This document shows, one piece after another, positions 10,653-19,707 of a stretch of DNA of 32,000 bases; the first letter of the stretch is position 1; every line of letters begins with the position of its first letter. The DNA lies in the NCBI RefSeq assembly GCF_000400465.1, contig NW_008806275.1, positions 588,156 through 620,155 of the forward strand. The letters are read 5' to 3'. Origin of the DNA: Wallemia ichthyophaga EXF-994 (taxonomy: Eukaryota; Fungi; Basidiomycota). The notes below the pieces were generated by a model. That model was not told the origin of the DNA. It saw only the letters and a program-made list of their open reading frames with translations, and searched no databases. The translations under genes and the position numbers were made by a program.

Positions 10653-11484
10653 TTAAAGTACAACGCATCCACCACAACAACCAGCTTCTTTTGGTTTACC
10701 GTTGTCATGTTGCATACTTTCCATCTGGTTAGGTGTAGTTGGATTCTTTACACCAGTTTGATCCCTATGATATAATCTAATCTCTCTAACGAGATTGTAA
10801 AATGCGTCATCGACGTTAATGCGCTGTTTCGCAGAAGTTTCAATAAATCTGCAACCAAAGTTTTTAGCCAATTGGCGACCTTCATTAGAGCCAACTTGAC
10901 GCTCAAATTCCAAATCTGCTTTATTAGCAACGAGGACCATAGGGAAGAAGTCCTTATCCTTTACGCGGAGTATTTGCTGATGGAAGGTCTCAATTTCTAG
11001 TAAGTGTGAGTAATAAAAAAACGCTCTCAAAGCAAACGCAGAAACACACCTTCAAAACTGTTTCGACTTGTAATTGAGTAGACTAGTAAAAATCCTTCAC
11101 CTGTACGCATGTACTGCTCTCTCATAGCAGAGTACTCCTCTTGGCCAGCAGTGTCCAACACGTCAAGTAGAGCTGGCTCTGCGTCTATTTGGCATTGCTT
11201 CCTGTAGCTATCCTCAATCGTTGGATCGTATTCATCTACGAAGTGTGATTGAATGAATTGAATCGTAAGGGCAGATTTGCCGACGCCTATTTGAACGCGT
11301 AAGAAGGATGTTAGGCTAAACCGCCAATAACACTTACCACCACCACCGACAACGACTATAACAATTTAAGCAATCAGTCTTCTACGTAAGCCAATCTACT
11401 AACCTAACTTGTATTCCTTTGGTACTATTTGAATATGTAAGTCAATTTTCACATCTCATTATCAATTTACCCACCTCCTGCCAT
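10653..11484 (-). CDS. RAS1: Ras GTPase, 209 aa, C-terminal CaaX (CVVL) with upstream Cys pair
   Basis: Exons 11484-11475, 11424-11404, 11355-11338, 11286-11050, 10996-10653. [27 protein letters not shown], effector loop [26 protein letters not shown], tail GCCGGCVVL*. Confidence 0.96.
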
Positions 11485-11610
11485 TATTTATTTTCAATTC
11501 TAGAAGTCTTGTTGCTCGGTCCAACAAGCGAGTACATGTAAATCCAGAAGATGAAAATTGTTTAAAATTTAAATTAATTTTACTCAATTTTAACAAAACT
11601 CATTTTCGAA

Positions 11611-13047
11611 TTAATTCGTCGCCTTCTTCTTGTTGTTCTTCTTTGGTCTCAGTGCTGCTTGCGACAATTGCTTCGTTTCTTCATCTGGTTGCTTTTCTGA
11701 CTTGATTACGTCTGGCTTGTACCATGATGGTGGGTGCGTTAATCTTATTGGTCCATTCTTCGTTATTCCAACTGTGAAGAAGAATTGCGCAACTGTCTCA
11801 TCTGTCTTGTCAACGCATACATCAAATGGTGTAAGCAAATTGTGTTGTGCTGCTTCTTGTACACCCAATCTCGCTCTCTTCTCATCCTCTAACATACGGA
11901 TGTTGAATGGGAATGATCCTGACTTCTTTTGGATCTCAGAGTATACTCTTCTGGCGGTGGCCAACTTAAGAATGTAAGTCTGGTCTGTACGCTTGAACAC
12001 TGTGGTTTGGTAGCTTGATTCTTTTGGCTGTTGAGGGAATGTCAGAAAATTTTCACTCTGAACCTCACCCTAATCACCTTATTTTCCTGGTTCGTAGAAA
12101 CGAGCACATCCACACCATAAACCTCACCTTCTTCGAAAGTGTGAGTACCTAAATCTGACTTTTGTTGTGGGTTTCCGTTGAGAATGATTCTCTTCTTTCC
12201 GTCAATAACATTTTGAGTCATTTGACATGAGAGCATGCCTGAATAAATTGTGAGTTGCGTGAGGTCTGAAGAATGATTGCTCACCTTCAACTGGTGCAGT
12301 TTCGAAAGCTTTTGTGGCCTTGCTGACGGTGTCACTCACTGTCCAGTTCTTCTCGCCAACCTGAAGTTGTGGGTTTAGAAGGGCAATGAGATAGCCAAGA
12401 CTCAGCAAACCTTCATTTGACGGATAGAAGCTTCAGCTGCGTACCAAGCGGCTTGGATAACGTCTGCTTTACGACCGGATACAGGGTTTTGAGCAGTAGC
12501 GCCAACTACGATGGTTTCAGCAGCGATACTAGCGAAGCCATCGACTAAGAAGTTCGTTGTGAGTATGAGACATTAGATATAAAGATAAGCTTACTGTGTG
12601 CACCCAATTGAATCTTAACAACATCACCATCCTTCAAACTGACAGAGTTAGTGTCTGGATCAGAAGCAAGTGGGGAAAAGTGTGAAATGACGTTGTTAAC
12701 GTTTACGCAGGTTGGGAATGAAACACCCTTTGTTGGAATTGGTTTTTTGTTGTTGAACACCTTTCCAGCTTCTTGATTGATGAAAGCGTCTGTGGAAGTG
12801 CAAAGGTCAATGACTTTGGCATCTTTTACAGACTTTATAACAATTTGATCAAAAGCGCGCTTTACAATGTCTGCAGCAACTTTGTGTCTAATGTACTGTG
12901 AGCTTTTCCTAATCAAGTAGACAGACGCTTCAGCCTACTTTGTGATCCTACAAGAGGCTTTAGTGGTAAAAATTAGTTCCACATTTCAACCCACGTAATA
13001 TCGTTAAGTCCTGTAACGTCTTCAACTTTCTTGTCTTGTTCGCTCAT
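11611..13047 (-). CDS. PA2G4: Proliferation-associated 2G4 / curved DNA-binding protein Cdb4 (Ebp1; M24 'pita-bread' fold, non-catalytic), about 380 aa
   Basis: Exons 13047-12995, 12947-12939, 12887-12595, 12544-12411, 12360-12285, 12238-12078, 12027-11611, all frame-consistent. GVSFPTCVNVNN..HFSP, LKDGDVVKIQLGAHIDG, FEEGEVYGVDVLVS, FPFNIR, VAQFFFTV, Lys-rich tail. Confidence 0.9.
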
Positions 13048-13455
13048 TTTAGATTTGAAGAGAGAGGATTGCAATTTCAGCTATTCGTCTCCAAAAATTC
13101 ACATTTTACGTCAATAAATTCTTCAACTCTTTCTATTAATTCTCACTGCCTCGCCAAGCACGCTTTACTTGCTGAACTTTCTTTTGATCTATCTCACTTC
13201 ACGCACTCATTCTAGTCCAATTTCGGACCAAATTGACCATTACCAAATATAATGCGAAGTTACTTTTGAGGCTAAAACGTGATTCATTGATCGCATCCAC
13301 CATTTTCGGTCACTATTGGCCAGGAAGACTTGATTTCGTCCAAAGTGTTCCTGCGCTTGAATAGAGAAATAAAAACATCCCAGATGAAGAGCTTAGAATT
13401 TTTGAATTGATACACAATAAGAGTTTTTACCACAAATTACCTACTTATTTCAGTT

Positions 13456-13536
13456 GGTTTTGTAGTGTAGCGGTTATCACCGTGGATTTTGATACAAAAA
13501 CTTCCATTAACCCCGGTTCGAATCCGGGCAAGACCT
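13456..13536 (+). tRNA. tRNA-Gln(UUG) with a 9-nt intron
   Basis: Acceptor stem GGTTTTG/CAAGACC, D arm GTGTAGCGGTTATCAC, anticodon stem GTGGA/TCCAT with TT-TTG-A, intron TACAAAAAC after position 37, T arm CCCGG-TTCGAAT-CCGGG. Closely resembles yeast tQ(UUG). A T-run follows the 3' end. Confidence 0.95.
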
Positions 13537-13793
13537 TTTGCCTTTCCTAATTTCCTCTTTTTATTATTTGTTAGGAGATATCTGCGTTTTTCAAGAGTAT
13601 AAATGACTTCTTAGTTTGATGACCTGAGCAATACACCATGTATTAGCGATGTGACAGGACATCAGAAGGAGCAAGATGTAAAAGTTGGTTGAAGTTGACG
13701 CGCAATCATACATTCGATAAGAGCAACTTGAACGAACTCGAAAACAAGAATTTTGTATGCAGATTACAGCGTTGATAAGGTCTATCACTGCTA

Positions 13794-15166
13794 ATGATCA
13801 AGCCTCGGCTCAACTACAAAGGCATTCGCGGATCACTGGAACAAATTGCGCAAAATAATGTACACCGCAATGCCAAAGTGGATCTAAGCAACTACACGAA
13901 CATCTACAACACATCCTCCATGCTCGAGCACACGCTAAATGCGACGAAACACACGCAAGCAACGACCAAGTCGAAGGAGCTGAAAAGGGAAATAAAGGAG
14001 CTGGAAGGAAGATTAAGAGATACTAAACAGGATTTGTACGAGATAGCTTCGCAGATCCCCAACGAATCGCACCCGTCTTCTCCGACGAACAACGTTGCAG
14101 TAGAGGTGGACAGCGGAGGTCCACCACCAATACGCGCCACTCGCACACGTGATCATCTCGATATTGCTGCTCGACTTAACGGGACTCTCCCACTGTCCGC
14201 GGCTAATGTGTCCGGTAATGGTTTCGCAATTCTCAAAGCTGAGTTGGCGGTGCTGGAACATGTACTCATACAGCACGCTCTGCATGTGGCTGTTGGGCGC
14301 GGTTACACTCTCGTCACTGTGCCCGATATTGTCAAAATGGACATCGCAAATAGGTGTGGATTTGTGCCGCGCGATACAGCAGCGAATCAGACATATACAG
14401 TTAGCAGTAGCGGTGCTGGAAACAGTAATGGTAATGCACGAGAGAGTAACAGTGACAGTAACAGTAACAATAACAATGGCCCTAACACACTCTGTCTCGC
14501 AGCTACTGCTGAAATACCTCTGGCTGGGCTGCATTTCAACGATTTGCTCAAACACAAAGAGCTCCCCATCAAGTATGTCGCTTGTGGGCATGCCTTCCGA
14601 GCGGAAGCTGGAGCTCGAGGACGAGACACGCGGGGATTGTATAGATTGCACCAGTTCACCAAGGTTGAGTTATTTTCCCTCACAGATGCTTCCTCGAGTG
14701 ACGCGATGCTGGATGAGATAGTAGACATTCAGAGGGAGATTGTACAAACTCTCAATGTACCATATAGGTGGGTGCGACAAGGTCACTGCGATGTTCACTC
14801 TTAATCCTACTCACACTCGCTCACAACAGAATACTGGATATGCCGACTCAGGAATTAGGTGCGAGTGCGTATAGGAAATACGACGTCGAGGCGTGGATGC
14901 CGGGACGTGAAGAGTGGGGAGAGGTGTCGTCGGCGTCTAATTGCATCGACTACCAGGCGCGCAGACTGCTCATAAGGTACAAGACGGGCGAAGGGAACGT
15001 GTTCGTGCATACGCTTAATGGCACGGCAGCTGCCATCCCTCGTCTCATTCTCGCCCTGGTTGAAAACGGGGTGGAGAGCGACGAAAGCGCAAACTTACGT
15101 CTGGCTCTGCCGAAATCGCTGCGGAAGTACTGGATTGGCAGCGATAAGCGCATTAGATGGCAGTAA
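13794..15166 (+). CDS. DIA4: Seryl-tRNA synthetase, mitochondrial (Dia4-type); true start uncertain
   Basis: Exons 13794-14767 and 14830-15166 (62-nt intron). LCLAATAEIPLAG, FRAEAGARG..GLYRLHQFTKVELF, YRKYDVEAWMPGR..WGEVSSASNCIDYQARRL, HTLNGTAAAIPRL. Confidence 0.9.
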
Positions 15167-15297
15167 GAAGGATCACACAAGAATTGTCCATAGTATTAAA
15201 AAAGCTTAAACATAGTTACATAACATAATTATTGGAAAAGAACGGATTGTCACAAATTACAAGTAGAGATTAGTAGTTTGAAGAAAAGACACTATGT

Positions 15298-16050
15298 TTA
15301 GATGAGGAGAGCACCAGCGAGAGAGGCAGCAGCGACCATTGAGCCAGCAAAGACGTGTGAAACAGCACCAGAGTCGTCATCGTTTTGGGCGTTGTTGCCG
15401 CTGTCAGCACTGGTATTGTCTGAGGAAGACGATGATGGTGTAGAGCTGGATGAGGATGAAGATGACGAAGTCGAGGATGAGCTTGAAGACTCAGATGAAG
15501 AGGAGCTAGACTGATCTCCATCATCGTTGTTTGAGTCATCGCTCTCCGCCGCTTGACCTTGAACATCTTCACCGAGACAGTCAGAATTGTCAGAGTCTCT
15601 AACGGTCAACTCAGAACTGTAATTGACATCACCAGATTCGTCGTTTACTGCCAATGAAATTTCTTTGCCACCTGGAACGTTGACCTTCCAGTTGTATGAG
15701 CCGCTTTCACCGTGTTGTGGAGGGAACGCTTCGATTGGTTCACTGCTTGCCTATTAGAGAGTTTTAGATGATTTCAAATGTACAACTTACGCTCCTACTT
15801 CTCCAGCTGGGATAACAGTGATGTAGATGTCACCTTCACCTTCAGTCCATTTGATCTGTGTTGATTTGTAAGTCTTTTTTTTTTTTTCTCTAAAGAGTAC
15901 TAACAGCAATGTTGCGACATTGGGTGAGTTGTGGTGGTGATGTGATCTTGGCTGCTAATGCGGAGCTACGTAATTGTCAGCTATTCGTCGACAGCTGTCA
16001 GCAATCTATACTCACGCGAGGAGTGCGGAGGTGGCTGCAATGAACTTCAT
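15298..16050 (-). CDS. Secreted, probably GPI-anchored Ser/Asp-rich cell-surface protein, 201 aa
   Basis: Exons 16050-16016, 15965-15905, 15855-15799, 15750-15298. Signal peptide MKFIAATSALLASALA, a two-Cys domain (LTQCRNIAIKWTEG..YNWKVNVPGG..SDC) of a type common in basidiomycete secreted proteins, Ser/Asp stalk, hydrophobic C-terminus SGAVSHVFAGSMVAAASLAGALLI*. Confidence 0.85.
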
Positions 16051-16265
16051 ATCTAAATACTTTGTGGTAGCGGTTTAAGAGGTGTATTGAATCATTTAAG
16101 CATTTCAAATCTTTAATTTTAGTGCCAAATATCTCGATTTGGAAATATTTTTGCATTCTCGGAAAGTTTTCATCATTCATATCTTTCCATATCCGATCTA
16201 AAACATTTGCAAACACGGGCAGAAAGAAAACTAATCGTTCAGATCTCATAAATGATTGTTAAGCG

Positions 16266-17751
16266 TTACATAATATTACATGATTTCTTTGATTTTCTGT
16301 CCTTTTGAGCTTTTTGAGTGACTGCCGGTGCGTGTGGGGTATGTGAAGGCACGCCCGCACTAGGTTGATTTTGGCGCTGCCTTTGTCTCCTCTCGTTTTC
16401 ATCTTGTTGCAATTGCATTGCCAGCGCTAGGCTATATTAAGAATTTGCGCAGTTAATATTGCTGTGCACATTAAAAACCTAAAACACTCACTCTGAGTCA
16501 GCCCGGGCTGTATTCTGAACACGTGACAGCTCGTAAGCGAGTACCGCGTCATCCCATCCTTCATTCTGGGCACGCGTAGTGACGCGTTGCTCAACAGTGA
16601 GAGTATCGTTTGTACCGTTTGTATCGTAAACATCATGAGCACTATTGGCGTAAGCAGCACTAGCGCCAGCATAATCGCCACCAATTACACCGGATGGGTT
16701 GAAATTGTCATTGAGGAACGCCGAGCCGCTGCCGTCGACATCCTCTAACGATTCCCATATAACATCCGCTTCCTCGGCCAAGGCACCATCTGTAACAAGT
16801 GTATAGAGCTTGTGATGACGTTTATCTGCTACGCATTAGATGATAATTGAGACAGTGAGACACCAATTTATACCCACACAATACAGATAGATGAGAGTTG
16901 CGAAATAAAGCAACGTATTCGCCGCTACTGAGACATTCTGTGAGGACGAATAAGCCGGTGAGTGTCATTTGTGTGCGTGAACTGTCGATAAATTGCGCAA
17001 GGATGCGTGCTTTTCTAACAATTTCTTGCTGCTGAGATGATAAATCACCTTCATTTGTATCACGGTTGATGGAGTTGGAGTTGGGGAGCACTCCAGCTAG
17101 GTGGTCACCCTCGGCTATGACCTGTGTGGCATGATCGTAGTTTTCGAAGTCTTGGAGAATGACGTCAGAGTTGGGCGATTGCCGATCGCACACCCAGCCA
17201 TGGACTAGAGGGACGTCGCAGAGGGCAAATAGATCAATTGCGCCCTTGTGTCTGACGGAAGAAGGGTTGAGAGCGTACGGAGAATGAAAGTGGGGGTTTA
17301 GATCGAGACCGTATCTCGTGTGGGGGAGGACATTGAGAGCGTCAGATATGGAGTAAGGGGAGTCTTTGGGGATATGCTTCCTAAGGAGGAATTCAGCAAT
17401 GATTGAGGATATGTAGTCGTAGTCGACGCTTGTTCTGCTCGCTGGAGAGAGCTGTAAATTTCCACGCATTATGAGAATATTGACCAAGGCTAGCAAGCTA
17501 CAAGGGCCATTCTCGTTTTGGGTGACCACCTTGACCCGAGTACCGGCAGCGTTGAAGACTGATTTCAGAGGCCATTCTTGAGGAGTTTCTGGGTGGAGTG
17601 GTACTTGCTGTGGTAGCTGCTCTTCCTGTTCTGGCTCCCCCTCCTTCACGTGCACCGCCTCCTCCGCACCGGTTACGCCTTTGAGGTTCAAATCACGCTC
17701 AACAGATTCAGCGAATTTATCAAAGCTATTAGAATAAGGATTGTTGCTCAT
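16266..17751 (-). CDS. MINDY-1/2 family K48 deubiquitinase (DUF544) with two MIU-like motifs and a CaaX box, about 457 aa
   Basis: Exons 17751-16878, 16825-16492, 16431-16266. Catalytic QNENGPCSLLAL and FRNSHL, LVHGWV, LYTLVTD, MIU-like DDAVLAYELSR and SDLALAMQLQQDE, tail KSCNIM*. Confidence 0.92.
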
Positions 17752-17830
17752 GATGATGATGGTTGTAAATTGCCAAGCTGCGTAATATTTTTTTTGTACG
17801 ATTCTTTATCTCTGACGACCATCAGCTAAG

Positions 17831-19555
17831 ATGACGGATTTCGTACAGCACGACCCATATTTCAGAGAATGGCACAAACGTAATAATACGCACGCATCTC
17901 TCATCTCCCCTGCTGCTGCTGCAGGCGGTATCATCGACGCTTCTTCCGCTCAAGCCTCGATCGACGATGATGAGGATAACAACCACGCTTCAGACAACGT
18001 CTCCATCGATAAGGCTGACGCCCCTCCTCCTCAAGGTGTGGCTCCAGATGCTAAGAAAGTTTACGACCAGGAGCCTGTCCCTCAAGCAGAGCGTGAGGAT
18101 GTCGAGAGGGCCATAAAAAAAGATACAGACAACAAAGACCAATCAGATGCCTCTGACGTCAAATCTGGTCTTGCTGCTGGAAGTGCTGCCGCTATTGCAG
18201 GTGCTGCAGGCGTCGCAGTTGCTGCTGCGTCTACCGACGAAAACCCAGAGCCAACCCCACAACACTCAGATCCACACCCGCCAACTGCTGCTCAAGTAGA
18301 CGCTCCAACTATCTTGCACGCTCCAAAGGATACCAAGGTCGTCACTGAAGTTACTAAAGACGAGAGCAAGATGAACACAAACGAGCCTGTGACCACTGAA
18401 GCTCCTGCCCCTACTGGTACAGCTGAGGACACTGTCGTTCCTGAGACGAAAGAGGAGCCTGTGACTGCAGCTCAACCTCAACCAACAAACACTACAGAAT
18501 CTACAATTGTTCCAGAGCCTGTTGAGAAAGACGAACAGAAGCAGAAGCAGGAGCAACCAAAAGAAAAGCTGAATGCTTTCGAGGAAACTCCAGTAACAAC
18601 GCCTAAAGAAGAGTCACCAGCTCCAATTGCAGCTCCAGCTCCCTCCGTTCCAGTGGGTTGCTGTGCTCTCTATATTAATATATCTAACAATCCACCTAGT
18701 CTAAAGCTAATCATCCAGCTCTTCCAAAGGGTGTCGTCAATCTCAAGGCAGACGGACCTCGCAAACCAGAAGGAATCTCAACACCGGCAGGAGAACATGT
18801 GCCAATCTACCCTGGTGATACACCAGATACACCAGATATTAGTGGAAAGCCAAACCCAGTTACTGTAACAGTACCATTGGAGACGGTGCAATTGACAGAT
18901 GCAGAAGGAACACATATACCGGTCACAGAGGAAGGTGGAGATACGACAGCTGTTGAGAATGCTAAGGATCCAAAGCCAGAGCCTATATCTAAGGATAAGG
19001 TGGATGCACCAATTGAATCAAAGCAGAAGTTGCCAGAAGAGGCCCACAATGCAGCAACATGGACAACCTTGCCTGGACCAGAGGAGGTTCCAACGCCACT
19101 CCGTCTTTCACAACGTAGTCCAGAAACGCCTTTAGCACCCTCACTTGAGGAATCACCACATTCAGCAGAGGAGCAGAAGAAGCAGAAGAAAACAGAGGAG
19201 GAGAAGAAGAGATCAGACAAGGCGGAGGAAGAAGCTAAAGCAAAAGAAGCTCAAGAGTCAGGTGAAAACAAAATAGTACCACCAAAAACACCAGAGAAGG
19301 CTAAATTCCAACAAGACCAAAACAGCCATTTGGAGACACCAAATGCGGGTCAAAGTACAGCGCCTTCAATGAGTCCAGGAAATAGCTCAATCAAGTCAGC
19401 AACGAATCTTCCAGGTGGATATCAGCAAAGCCCAGAGAAAGCAGGTAAAGAGGAAGAGGGAGAAGGACAACAATCTTCATCGATAATGAAGAGTTGTTTG
19501 ATAAGTGAGTGTGATCTATGGTGGTGGGTTCTACTAACAAAGGAAAACAGTGTAA
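17831..19555 (+). CDS. Unrecognised acidic, Pro/Glu/Thr/Ala-rich, probably disordered protein ending in CaaX (CLIM), 543 aa
   Basis: Exons 17831-18652, 18700-19504, 19551-19555. Introns GTGGGT..CTAAC..TAG (47 nt) and GTGAGT..TACTAAC..CAG (46 nt) join the 345-aa and 293-aa ORFs and give the tail SSSIMKSCLIM*. Confidence 0.85.
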
Positions 19556-19641
19556 TTCCCCTTTGTTACTTCAATTTCATGTTAACGTCTTTAATAATTA
19601 TGCATATGAGCCATATGAAGAGTACTTCTGTGGGGTGTTAC

Positions 19642-19669
19642 TGTGTCCTGTGTCTTGTGTCCTGTGTGC
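19642..19669 (+). repeat. Four imperfect 7-nt tandem repeats (TGTGTCY)
   Basis: TGTGTCC TGTGTCT TGTGTCC TGTGTGC in the 152-nt spacer before TAF5. Confidence 0.75.
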
Positions 19670-19707
19670 TCTGTTGTTGATTCCAAACTTTCTGTTACCA
19701 AACGGTC

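Noticed and set aside
14013-14728. 212-aa antisense ORF and 190-aa alternate-frame ORF within SerRS
   Set aside because: Shadow frames; the VTVTVT runs derive from the AGTAAC repeat of the real frame.
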